A stretch of 61,696 bases of DNA, counting the filler, from Porpidia crustulata (Eukaryota): assembly GCA_964255105.1 (NCBI GenBank). It is 4 parts of 4 records of this genome, joined end to end, with 100 filler letters (N's around TTAATTAATTAA, not from the genome) between each part and the next. Parts side by side here need not be neighbours in the genome. Positions count along the whole stretch, not along the records: positions 30,928 to 46,282 come from CAXUWE010000319.1; positions 46,383 to 61,696 come from CAXUWE010000321.1; 2 more parts are not named here. One strand, 5' to 3'. The notes beneath the pieces are model-generated. The model was not told the DNA's origin, ran no database searches, and was given only the letters and a program-made list of their open reading frames with translations. The translations under genes were made by a program, and so were the position numbers. Below, piece after piece: positions 34,487 through 46,957 of this stretch. Within the stretch, counting starts at the first letter, position 1. Each line of letters starts with the position of its first letter.

Positions 34487-36019
34487 CTAGACCCGGATCC
34501 TAATCCTTCTACCTGTCTTTGCCATTCGTGCTACAGCTAATGTGAAACATCCACACATAGTCACAGTGCCGGCAAACATTTGAGCATGAAGATACTGACC
34601 CCCTCCTTGCTGTATCAAGGCTCCCGCCAGCGGCGGTCCTGTGAGGCAAGCAAGACTAATGACACTGAAGACCATGCCTATTCTGATCCCGGTCCTGCTC
34701 AGGTCTGAGGTCAGACTTGCTATTGTTGCAGGAAATAAGCTCTGAATCCCTGCTGAGAACAATCCATAAACAGCTGCAAAGCCTACGAGGCCACCTCGTG
34801 AGGAAACACCGGCCCAACAGAAGAGCAACAGGCTAGAGATGAGAGCGAAAGGGACCAGTACGTTGAATGGGCCGAAGAAACGGTCTGCCAGGTGGGCTGG
34901 GACTAGCCGGCCAACCAAGCCGACACCGTTGAGGATAAGTAGATTATTGATAGATTCCTGTTCACCAGCACCCAGGATATTACGGTCAAAGGAACCAATC
35001 TAGGTACTTGTGAGTAGAAACAAACTTGAAACCCTTTGGGGAGAGCCTACATAATAAAATGCAAAGTAGAGTCCTAAGAATATTAAAAACATGCCTAGGA
35101 TTTTCGTCAGTACATAGTCATAACATCCGAAAAGGACAGTCCCAAATGTACCGAGAGCGAAAAAAGCGTACGGCAACTCCTGAAAAGCAGTCCATTCTAC
35201 CAGAGGTCCCGATTTTCTTGGCGGCAATCTCGGTTTGGTAAACGACATAGTTACAGTCATGATAGCAAGCATCACAAATCCGATAACCCTGACAGTCCAC
35301 GGAAACCCAATCCTTGGGAGAAGTTGCTGGACAATGACAGGAAATACTAATCCTCCTGTGGCGGTCCCGGAAGCTACAAGACCTAAAGCTAAGGCTTTCT
35401 TTTTGTCAAAGTAGGTTGAAATCATGGAGATTACTGGGCAGAATACCAGGCCGTTGCCTAGACCAGTCAAGATACCCTGCGCCAAGAACAGATGCCAGTA
35501 TTTAGTTGATAATGAAGTCATAAAGACGCCCAGGAGCTGGCACATTGAACCAAGTATGAATGTGGCCCTGAACAGACCAAAGTCTGTTGCACGTCCAGAG
35601 AACGTACCGATGAAGAATAAGAGAAAGATCTGGACTGATCCGACCCAGGAAATAGCAGAAGGTGGTTCTTTCAGCGCGATTACATAATATGTCTGAAATA
35701 CACCAAACGAGTTGATATAACCCCAGGTGTTAAAGATGGTTAGATGACACAATAGAACCTGGATCCATGCTCGCAAGCCTCCGTCTGGAGGTGGTCCTGG
35801 GTCAATGTATGAAGCCCGAGATCTTGTACAACTTAGTACTTGTCTGATGCTTTTTAATGAGCCCTCCAGATCCTCATTGTTTGCGGCTTGCCCTCGCTTC
35901 TTTTGGGAACCTATGGCGGAATCATTGTCCTCCATAACGGCTTTCTCTGCTATTGGTCCTTTGGATAAGTCTGGATTCCTATGGCCACTTTCAATTCCTC
36001 TTTCCATATCCGTCGCCAT
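34487..36019 (-). CDS. MFS monocarboxylate-porter family transporter (Mch4/Mch5-like), 3 exons
   Basis: PPPDGGLRAW, TWGYINSFGVFQTYY, SWVGSVQ, YFDKKKALA and GIRIGM motifs. Two GT-AG introns near 35000-35150. Confidence 0.92.
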
Positions 36020-36688
36020 TGGATTGAGATTAGAGTCGCCGACTCAGCTGGCATTGGCTATATGATGACACTCTTAAAATTACCCAGACACCTGTCGAGT
36101 CTGCCATATTTGATCAGCGCCTGTCCCGAGAATAGGTAGACACGTAGAATACTTACATGTAGCGAAGTGATCTATTTGTGCGACAATTGTATGTGATCCT
36201 CCAATTCGACCTGTAGAAATCGTCGGAGACATAGACTGAATACATACTGCGGAGATATTTCATCTTATAAATCAATTCGCCCATGACTCAATTACCTCTC
36301 GTAGTAACTTTGCTGGTACCCGATGATTTCCCAAACGCCGTCATAGCCGGTGAGTTTCTCCATTTAGCGTCTCGTTGCCCGTGGTAGCTTACTTAGAGCG
36401 CGCAGCGACGAAGTATACTTCACTCAGTGATGTATTTAAACAACAGTAATCCACTGTAGTGATGACCACCATACTCGCCCATTGTCGAAAAGCCTGCGGG
36501 TGAAGAAGGGACGGGCAACGGATTCTAGGTACCAACATTACCGTGGCAATTACGTCTTTCGACCGCAATGACCTGCGAGCAGCATCTTGCATTTCAACGC
36601 ATAGTAATTGTATGGAATGTTAAAAATAATACCATTTCTGCATAGCCTGCCTTTTACATAAGCTCAGGATTGCGGAATAAATACGCCG

Positions 36689-37573
36689 ATGGCTCCAAAG
36701 AATCATAGCAATTTGAGACTCCGTTCTCTCGGAAACCCCGTCAAGGCGATGACTTCTGCTTCATGGGTTTATCCATTCAAGGTATGCCTACATCGGAAAC
36801 GGCATTGATAGTGCTAATGTATAAAGGGTATATATTATTTCTTCGCCCATCCCTTTCTGTACCCTCTACTCCGAGCCCGCCTTCTTCCCGGCTTCCTACT
36901 ATCACTCTTCGTTTTGACAAATCTCTTCATCTGGACATACCTCCCTCAGGTAGCCTTCTTGGCTATATTCCATGGTCCTTTTGCGTGGGTTAATGGGGCT
37001 TTTCTAGTTCTTGGGGAAGGCTCCGCAATAGTGGCATTGCTATTCGAAGCATTCTTCGTTGACGAGTGTCTGGTCGACGTTTTTGATGCTGTCCTTGTAA
37101 ATGAAGGGTACCAAGACCTTGTTGCTCGATCGCGTATTGTGGATCCAGAGGCTGGCGATCCAGTGAAGCAACTCGGCAAACCTACAGTATCAGCGGTGTA
37201 TTCGCCATTCTCCTTCCGCCAAATCATCGAGTTCATCATATTCCTCCCGTTGAACCTCATTCCTGTGGCCGGAACACCAATGTTCATAATACTCACTGGA
37301 TATCGTGCGGGCCCATTCCAGCATTGGAGGTACTTCAAGCTCCTAGCGTTGACAAAGAAAGAAAGGAATACGTTCATCAAAAAAAGGAAACTAAAATATA
37401 CATGGTTTGGAACAGTAGCTTTACTTCTCCAGCTCGTGCCCGTTCTCAGCATGATGTTCCTGCTTACGACGGCAGCGGGATCTGCTCTTTGGGTTGTTAG
37501 ATTTGAGGAGAAGCGAAGGGCTCTACAAGATGAATCACAAGGAAGGCCTGATTATGTTGACAATCCAGTATGA
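36689..37573 (+). CDS. EI24-family membrane protein (Rrt8/Lds-like), 2 exons
   Basis: Spliced WVYPFK-GIYYFLRHPFL, TYLPQVAFL, VDVFDAVL, PLNLIPVAG, HWRYFKL and YTWFG. Confidence 0.8.
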
Positions 37574-38514
37574 GTGGTAAAAGTTTTGGTAGAGATGGTT
37601 GGAACAACATCTCAGGCCAAACCAATGTGCGCCGTGGACGTATCGATACCTCTGCATAGCCAAGAATTGTGGAATAGGATGACAACTTATATTTCATAAG
37701 CTTAGGAAGCCATGGTTTGAGCAGCATACACACAATTGCTGCGTTGCTCTCCGAGATTCTATGAAAGACGGTCCTGGAGATTGGCTTGTTTCAAAATAAT
37801 CAAGGTCCAATCGACAATCCGCTGTGGACCAGGCAAACTATCAGCCGGACTTAGGAAAACAGCCGCCTTGGTCGCAATACCTACGTACAATGAAATGCAA
37901 AACTCTGCGAAAATATCAGTATTGATACTATTTCCAGTAGTTAGTCAATCTTAATTGTAGGACGGTTGGCGGGCGGACCAATCAGAGCACCAAAACGCGT
38001 TCTCGCAAATCTGAAACCGCGCAACGGAGTCGCCCAAGTGTCTTCACACATTCACAACGAGTGGTTTCGAGCTCTCGCCACCTCGTCGCGAAACAGCTTG
38101 AGCTTCTAGTGAGGCGATTGTGATATACAAATGGCCAAAACTTTCGTACGAGTGTAGCAAGTACCGCTGAGCCCAAACTTTCTATTGACCAGAATGTCTT
38201 CACTTCCAACGTTATCCTCCATCCTGTTGTGCTAGGCTAATGATGAAGCAAGTACTGAAATGAGCAATAATCTTGTGGTCCTGTGAATACTACAATAGCT
38301 ATCGAGTCCCCTTTGCGATGTTCTATGACTCCACAATCTTTTTCTTTAATTCTCTATTGCTTCCTAATTGCTCGGCCTCTTTTACCCGTCGAGAACCCCT
38401 TTCATTCAACGATCATTACCATCTTTTACTCAAGCACTAATAAAGCTCCCGATTTTACTTTCCTCAACATTTATCTTACCAGAAAACTTTCTGCTGTGCA
38501 TGTAATAGTCCACC

Positions 38515-40028
38515 ATGCAAGCAACAGTCGTCTTACTGCTGGCAGTACTACTGGGCCTGACCACAGCCGGACCTGTCCGCCCTAACGCTCATTCTTTTCG
38601 GTCAGTCATGTATTTTCATCATTACAATAAGCATAACTAAATCAAAGAAGGTACGCCCGATCATTTAATCAATCATCGATTTCTATTACCACATCACAAC
38701 CTCCTACGTCAATTATTTCCTCACCGTCTACCAAGTCAACACTACCCGTCCAGGTAGCCCCGACTTCGACAGCCTCCGGGATAGTGTCAAAGCAAATTGG
38801 GAGCGTGCCAGCATTTGGAGATGGTCCTGGAGCAGCCACTAGAGATTCCAATACTTTCACCACACAGACGAGACAGTCCGTTCCAACGATTGCCTCCTCG
38901 TCTTCTTCTACATCTTCGTCTGCGGCAGGACTACCGTCGTCAATTGAGACATCTGTGATTTTGACTTCGCAAAGGAACAGTGCAGGTCTTACCTCTTCTA
39001 AACAGATTGGCAGCGTACCAGCCTTTGGGGATGGTCCAGGCGCAGCTACTACAACCTCCGTTCTCGCCTCCTTGTCTGTCAAAGGGTCCTCTATAAGTAC
39101 TGTTCTTTCCCAATCAACGACATCACGATTGTCACCCGGACCACCCAGCGCTGGAGCTATAAAAGCATCTACAGGCGCCAATGCTTCTATTTCAAGCACG
39201 AGCACATCTTTCGTGAGGTCATTCACGCTGATGAGTGGAACCGACAGCCATAATCCTAGCACTAGCGAAGCACTGCCACCGTCTTCTTCCACCACTATAT
39301 CTCTGCCTATAACAACCCAAAGCTTGCCTCCGTCAACAAATTCCACGGGTGTGCCCGTAAATCCATCACAATTCTCGAGTTCCCGACCGGACCCTACAGT
39401 ATCACGAACCACCATTCCGGCCAGCGTAAGCCCGACGCCGGTGCAATCCTCAACAGTGACATCAACTTCCACAAATGATCTGACTATGTCCGGCCAGTCT
39501 GTTGCCACAGGATCAGCTTCAACGGCCAGCTCACAGGTACCTGCATTGGGTAGCTCATCAGGAGCTCAAGGACCCTCGGGTGCACCTAAGGCATCGCAGA
39601 TTTCGTCAGAAGTCACAAGCAGCACATTATCGAATTCCCCAAGCCAGTCGGCTCCCGCACCATCAACATCACTTTTTAGCATTACAGCGTCACCTTCTAC
39701 TTCTACAGAGGCTTCACAGAAGAGTACTGACTCGGTGACTTCGTTTACATCAACTCAAGTACCATCAACGACGTCGACGCATAAGCCATTGGTCATCTCA
39801 TTTCCCAGCGATCTACCATCATCCTCAGAAACCTCAACACCCTCATCTAGACCTACAAAGACCACCATAATCATCGAGTCTGCAGCACTTCCTGCAGCAC
39901 CTCCACCAAAACCTACCTCGACATTAACCATTACTGCTGGTGGGTCCAGCGTTACGCCCGGCTGCCGTGGAGGAGACAGCCCTCTCACAGTCACAGAAAC
40001 CGTCACGGTCACGACGACAGCGCGATAG
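38515..40028 (+). CDS. Secreted Ser/Thr-rich mucin-like or cell-wall protein, 2 exons
   Basis: Signal peptide MQATVVLLLAVLLGLTTA, intron at about 38601-38650, Ser/Thr/Pro-rich body, a duplicated SKQIGSVPAFGDGPGAAT motif and a TVTETVTVT end. Confidence 0.85.
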
Positions 40029-40891
40029 TGCTGGCCACAGCCGTTGCTCTGTAATTTCTGTATGTAGGCGTAACTTTGCTTGATTTGGCAGGTCGCCAAT
40101 CGCAGCCTAGAAGTGATCTTAGATAAGGTAGCGTATGGGATGGGCATGCCTTGCACTAGTGTACATAGAATGATTACTCCAATTCAGTCGCGAAGGGTAA
40201 CTACTGTTTGCATCACTGTACTCTGTGTTTGTAGTAGCCTTCCAGCTCCCTATTTCTTCGACGGACCGTTGTCACTGGCGTAAATACCTTCTTAAAGCGG
40301 GTTCCTCCGCTTGATTTAGCGACGCTCCCTTCCAAGCTTACAATTGGCTCACATTTCGCACGCACACAGTCTTGGCCCCTCGACACCTTTATCCACTCAT
40401 GTTGAAGCATTTCTACCACGCTGCCAGTAGATCAGGGGTCTCGCGCTTAGCTACTTCGGAAGGTACCTGAATTAGGGACCATCGCGGGGACAGTATTCTC
40501 TATCATAATCAACATACTCGACCAATGCTCCTTCTATCCTGCTTCTTTTGGAAGCTTTGCGCGAATGAACCACGGTCTCCGTCGATGATCGTTCGCAAAG
40601 CCTACACCTCTAGTGTAAACATCGTCAACTAGTACTGTTTCTGTGAGAGCACGGGGTGGCCTGATGGGGTGGCATTAAACGGGCAATTATCTAGTCATCC
40701 AACCACTTGATCATATCACAGGGTACTGAACATATGCAAACATGTTATGCGCTTTCGCAATAGAGATGGTCTAGGTTTCTCGGAAGATATATCAATAGCC
40801 TTGTCTTTCTCTTGATCGGGTTCCTTTTCACTTTCGATATCTGCAACATTTCCCATCTATCCGCTCTCGTATCCTCACATTGTTTCTCATC

Positions 40892-41841
40892 ATGCGGTGT
40901 TTCAACTTCTTTACGTTGGCTCTCCTCACCTGCTCTCCTAGTGCCCTTGCTTGGGGAACGTCTGGACATGCTACAGTCGCGTTAATCGCCGATAATTATC
41001 TCACACCAGCAGCAAAAACATGGGTCGCCAAGATCCTTGGTTCTGGTGTCTCTATGGCTTCAGTTGCAAGTGAGCCAGACAGCTACCGCTACACGAGTGC
41101 CGGGAGTTTTAGCCGCCCTTTTCATTTTATTGACGCAGTTCGTGGCCTAAATAAAGTATAATACCATGCCTACTGACCCGTACGCAGGCGGATAGCCCCC
41201 CTACTTCCTGCTCCGTGGACCTCAAGCGGGACTGCGGTACAGGCGGATGCATTGTGTCGGCGATTGCCAACTATGTGAGTCCTTTTCTCTACCTTGCTTT
41301 ACTTTACAGATATCTGAGAAAATGCCAGACGACCCGAGTTCGAGACACCAGTGCATCTGCCGCGGACAGAAAGCAATCTCTCGAATTTCTCATCCACTTC
41401 TTCGGAGACATCACTCAGCCTCTCCACGATGAAGCGCTGAAACTTGGTGGGAACGATATTGTAACACTCTGGAACGGTGCTACTACGAATCTGCACCACT
41501 GCTGGGATACGCAGATGGTCGAGCAGGCGGCGGGCGGCGCCACGGTAGCCGAGTACACCGCATGGGCAAAGGCGTTGATAGCTCGCATCGACAATGGGAC
41601 CTACAGCTCACAAAAGGCCTCTTGGATCGCTTGTGCAGACATTAGCACCGCAAGCACTTGCGCTCTTGCCTGGGCTTCCGATGCCAATGCCATCAATTGC
41701 AAGTACGTTCTTGTACATGACGAAACCAACCAGGAGTTGAGTGGATCGTACTACACTGGCGCGAAGCCTTTGATCGAGGTACAGATTGCCAAGGGAGGGT
41801 ACCGACTTGCTGCGTGGATCAACAAGCTGGCTACAAGCTAG
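40892..41841 (+). CDS. Secreted S1/P1 nuclease, 3 exons
   Basis: Signal peptide then WGTSGH, FHFIDA, HFFGDITQPLH, NLHHCWD and QIAKGGYRLAAWIN. Confidence 0.95.
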
Positions 41842-43197
41842 GTTGTTACCAATTTGGCATTTTATCCTACTGTTTTCCCTTCCCGATCATAGAGCAACTC
41901 GGGACTTGGTGTTCGGAACGAAGACTTGTATCTATGTTGCCGTGGGATATGCACAGTACGATACCAATGATTCCTTACCCACTTTCTGAGAATCTCATAA
42001 TATGAATTTACCTTTGCGTCTAGACGGTCATTATCACGCTATCTATCCAATTATACAAATTTTACCTTAGCCACACTATTCCATACTCATCAAGATTGGT
42101 GCGTTCTGTCAAAATACTGGAAACGGGAACAGTAGAGCTGTCATTGGTTTAAAGTCCACCATCAAGGATTGTGCCGTTAGCATTGGGAGGATGTCCTACC
42201 AAAAAAAGGATCTAGGGAGTGTATTAGAAATAGATTCCTCTCGTTGGAAGGTTTATTTGACATAATCATTCGACGGGAAGACTTCTAACATTACTGGCGT
42301 TAGAGGCAGTCAGTAATCACGTTTTTCTCATCTGTCCACTTTTCTTCCTATGCCTCATCGTCCGTAATAGATTTCATGTTGATGCTTTCTAAATCAGAGG
42401 TGGAATTTTTCAACTCGACATGACATTAATGCAGACATGCAGGCTCTCACAGGTGGCGGAGCGGGGAACCGCGGGCCAGACGGGAACATCCTTTGTGGGG
42501 TCTAGCCCTAAGTATCAATTGAACGAATAGCAACAGCAAATCTCTTCCTGTCAATGAAAGCCTCATATTTTCCCCATCGGTTCTCCTGCAGCGTTTGTAA
42601 CTGAGTACATGCCTTATCGTTGGTGGTCTCTTAACCAGTGTCCGTTGTTGAGGTCATCCTGAAGCCACCAAACGCTACTGCATGCAGAGCAGACTTTGGG
42701 CAGCAACAGAGAGAGAGCGGACACCAGAAGGGAGAGTAAGGCACCACTCACAGCAGTTCTCGTCATGCAAGCAGCCAATAGCCAATGCTATCGTGCTGTA
42801 ATCAACGGTATGGCGGCGAAATGTGCATCTTAACCAGATTGTGTGCCGGCTACATACACTTGATGAGACTCCTGTTCGACGTGGCACCAGTGAGCCATTC
42901 TCCCTTGTTCATTGGTTACTTTCACCATGGGTTTTTATGCCCAAAGATGACATGCCTTCGAAGAGTGTGGAGGATAATCGTCTCGATTTCGTCTGCATTG
43001 ACCATGTGGCTTCGTTGGTAGAGCAGGATATGCTGCCTTTCTTTCTGCTTTCGATTTATGTTACACAGCTTACTCGGTCCTATCAACGCGCTGCTTATAT
43101 TGATTTGCTGTTCTCATATTTCCGAAGTCGAGTGAGATCCGTTCCCTTTGACTATTCGCTTACCCCACTCTGCCCAATCGAATATCAGTGATTCAAC

Positions 43198-46100
43198 ATG
43201 GGTAAGAGGAAGAATAAGAGGGAGCAATGGCCTCCGTCTCCGTCATGGGATGAGCCCCAGGTAACGTCCCCTCCAAAATTGCTTTATAATGGCATTTCCA
43301 TATCATAAGCCCCCTGTGTATTTTTATCAAACATTTGACCGTACGAGTTTGAAGTTCACCAACGTTCCTTTATACGCCGTACATCAACCTCAACCTCCAG
43401 CCCCACCTCCAGGAGAGCCGGCTACGGGTGACTCCAATGACGGTTCAGAAAAGCCTGCAGACGCAGAACCGGCTCCAGCGGATGTAACACCAGAGCCTGC
43501 ACCAGGTACGTACCTTTGAATACAAAAACTTCTAGCAGTGAGGTTTAATTACTGATGCCGATACAGAGGAAAGCAGTCCTCAAGATGGGGAGGGTGCCGC
43601 CAGTGATGTAGCAGTCGTGGATGACGGTCCCCCAAACAACGATGAAGGCACTACAGACCCTCCTCCTGAGTCAAGTGAGCCTCATAGCTCAGAAGAAGCA
43701 AGTGCTGAGGTAGGAGGTGAAGTTGCTGCGGGTGAAGGATCTTCCAATGATGCTAGTCCTAAGGGCGACTCAATGGAAGCTGAGCCTACGTCCGTTGAAC
43801 CCACTCCAGAAAGTGCGGAGAACAATGAGGCAGCCAGTGTAAGCGAAGCCTTTATTCACATGCATTATATACTGTAAGAAAATCTAATTCAGCACAGGAA
43901 GAGGCTCCACCAGCCGAAACTGCAGCACCAGAAGCGAGTCGAAATCCTTCAACTTCTTCTGAACCAGGACCAGACGAGACACCCACCGTAGATTCTCCTA
44001 CCTCAGATCCCCCTTCCGAACTGCCTGCGACCGAGGCTCCGCCAGAGGAAGTCACACCACCAGCCGAAGCAGCACCACCACCTACGGCCCCAGATCCTCC
44101 AACTGCAGACAAACCCAAATCGGGTAAGGCGTCAAAAGCCAAGAAGTCGACGAAGGGCAACTCTAGCAAGAAGAGATTAGAAAAGCCGGCGAAGAAGTCA
44201 AAGGGAAAGTCAGCACCGCCCGCAGCACCAGATCCTCCTCCCGCGGATGCTACTCTTGCGGAGCCTGCTGCTTCTGAGTCTGCTTCCGCCGACCCCGCCC
44301 CACCAGAAGCCGCTCCTGTAGAAGCCACTCCTGCCGAAGCCCCTCCCGCCACAGAAGACAGTCCAGCAGATTCGGCCTCGATAGTGATATCTTCATCTGA
44401 GCCCACTGCTATAAGCATTTCGCCAGCGGAGGTAGGACCAGCTGAGACTCCCGTGGCTGAAGTCACGCCAGCGGCAGCAAATTCGGCAGAGACTCCACCT
44501 GGAGAACAAGCTGCCGACATCGCTTCACCTGACACTGCTCCCGTAGAAGTCCCTGCTGTCGAAACGACATCAGAGGAGAAGGTAGCTGTAGAGCCTATCC
44601 CAGCCGACAGCCCTCCAGCAGAAGCTCCTCCAGCGGAACCACCAGAGTCAGCGCCATCCAATGTTGCGCCGGCTGACGTAAATACAACAGAGTGCAAGAG
44701 CAACGACACTGCGGCTACCGAGCCAGAGCAAGCAGCAAATGAAACAAACTCAGACCCTGCAGCTGATCCTGAAGCTACTCCACACACTACAGCTGACCCA
44801 GCTGGAGAAGAGCCGCCGGTGGAAACGATACAAGAAGCAGCTGGGTCTAACGAAGAAGCTCCTGTAGCGGACAAGGAAGATGGCGAAGTGGCAGCAGCTG
44901 CAGAATCAAGCCCAGTCACAGCCGACCCAGCGGCAGAAGAGTTGCCCAAAGATGGTGAGGCTTCTAAAGTTGAAGAGGATTCACCTAGTGAAACGGTAAT
45001 CAAATCCGAGGAAGTCCCTAATGAAGCTAGTACTGTAGTAGTAGAGAATATTAAACCGAGTAGCGAACCAGCTCCAGCTACGGATGCAGCGCCAGAAGAA
45101 GCGTTCACACCCACCGAGAGCGCTGTACTTGCCGACACCGCTGAGCCTTCTGAGCCAGCTCCTCCTGCCGAACCTGATCAGGCTGCCGTTGAAACACCAA
45201 AAGAAACCGAAGCCAAAGTACCTCCTACTGAAGAGCCTTATACAGCAACTACTGAAGGTCACGCTGATCCACCTCCCACTGGAGATGAAGCTACTACAGA
45301 CCCACCCCATGAACCAATCTCTGATATAACAGGCGAGACCACGTCTCAGCCGTCTTCAGAACCAACTCCAGCAGCTATAGAAGAAGCCACTCCAGCAACC
45401 TCAGAACCGGAACCAGCCCGAACCCCAATCCCAGACAATGCAGATGAGACTGCTAAAGAGCCGATCTCAGAACCGGCCGCACCATCCTCAGAGGAAGCGT
45501 CTACGGATCCGCCTCCAGAACCCACGTCCGCTCCTGCCGAAGAACCTACACCTGCCGAAGTACTAGTAGCCTCTGAACCTGTACCCGCTGAAGAGCATAC
45601 CGGTGTCGATCCAGCACCTGTCGAAGAGCCTCAAACTGTTGAGCCTGCACTTGCTAAAGAGCCTGGAACTATTGAAGAACCCGCTGCGGAAACTGCACCC
45701 GCTGCAGAGACCACCACAAACCCTGCCGAAGATTCCCCTGCCGATCCGCCAGCTGACCCGCCAGTTGACCCGCCGGCTGACCCTATCCCAGCAGCGACAG
45801 AACCGGCAGCTTTAGACTCGCCCCTAGAATCTACACAAGTGGAGGAAATTCCTCCTCCAGCCCCGGATCCCCCTGTAAACACGGACTCTGTCATTCCTGA
45901 AGAACCCTCCCCAACCGACGCTGTACCTCCCTCGCCAACATCTGAAAAGCGCCGTCGTAGACGCACAGGATGGGAGCGGGAACGTCGCTACAGCAAATCC
46001 AGCACCAAAAGCAGCGAACCGCCTCCAAGACCAGAAAAGAAAAGGCGCGACAGCAACATCAGCTCAAGTGCCCCAAAACGGGTTTCCATCGAACTGCCCA

Positions 46101-46282
46101 AAGAAAAAGACAAAGAACGCGAGAGACGAAAGCGCAGCTCGCGGACAGTGACCGACGGCAGCCTAGCCGACACCGAACGTCCCAAACCCCGCCGCTCCGA
46201 AACCGACCGCCCCAAACTCAGCCGCTCCGAAACCAGCAGCCGCCGCAGCCGGACCTCGCGCGAAAAAGCCCCCGAACCCAAC
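43198..46282 (+). CDS. Large low-complexity Pro/Glu/Ala-rich protein with a basic C-terminal region, truncated by the contig end
   Basis: Exons joined at GT-AG introns (donors 43261, 43506 and 43839), then a long open frame to the gap. No recognisable domain. Confidence 0.7.
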
Positions 46283-46382
46283 NNNNNNNNNNNNNNNNNN
46301 NNNNNNNNNNNNNNNNNNNNNNNNNNTTAATTAATTAANNNNNNNNNNNNNNNNNNNNNNNNNNNNNNNNNNNNNNNNNNNN
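46283..46382. other. Artificial contig linker N44-TTAATTAATTAA-N44
   Basis: Same 100-bp cassette. Confidence 0.99.
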
Positions 46383-46957
46383 GAAGCGATTGTAGCGGGG
46401 TGAGGGGCGGCGGAATTGGGAGGCTGAACGCAGGGGAGAGGTGTGAAGGAGGATATTGTTCTGATGTGTAGTCCTAGAGAAATTGAAGAACGAAGATCGG
46501 AGGAGGGAGGAGAAGAGCTGCGGAGGCATGTTGATGTGTGATGATCCAATAATGTCAATCCTATGCGCCGAAGATCCCTTGTCCTGAACTGGCTAATGAG
46601 GGCCAATGGGGGTTTACCAGTATGGGAGGCCGTGCTGACGGCGGAACGGGAGCGGAATCACCCGTAACGGAGAGTATTTGTAAATAGGTATATGTTAAAC
46701 GTTAAATCCATAATATACTTATTTAATGAACAGCTATCAACTCGCGGGTTTTCTCACAGGTGCTTCTAGTAATGTGCGTTGTTCAAGGCGAAAAGGTCGA
46801 GCGATTCATGTCTACCGGATTGGATGTGGAAGATGATACTGCTGTACAATTACCTAGAATACTCCCTGCTCTTCCTAGACTCCCTCTACCCATGCATTCT
46901 ACTCTTCGCCTAGGAAAATTTTGTGCCAAAATAATACTTTATCCTAAGCATTCCGAT

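Noticed and set aside
38669..39508. 279-aa minus-strand ORF
   Set aside because: Antisense shadow of the Ser/Thr-rich secreted protein.
38515..41841. Secreted mucin-like protein plus S1/P1 nuclease as a functional pair
   Set aside because: Adjacency only, with no shared motif or other evidence.
43852..45138. 428-aa minus-strand ORF
   Set aside because: Antisense shadow of the low-complexity Pro/Glu/Ala-rich coding frame.
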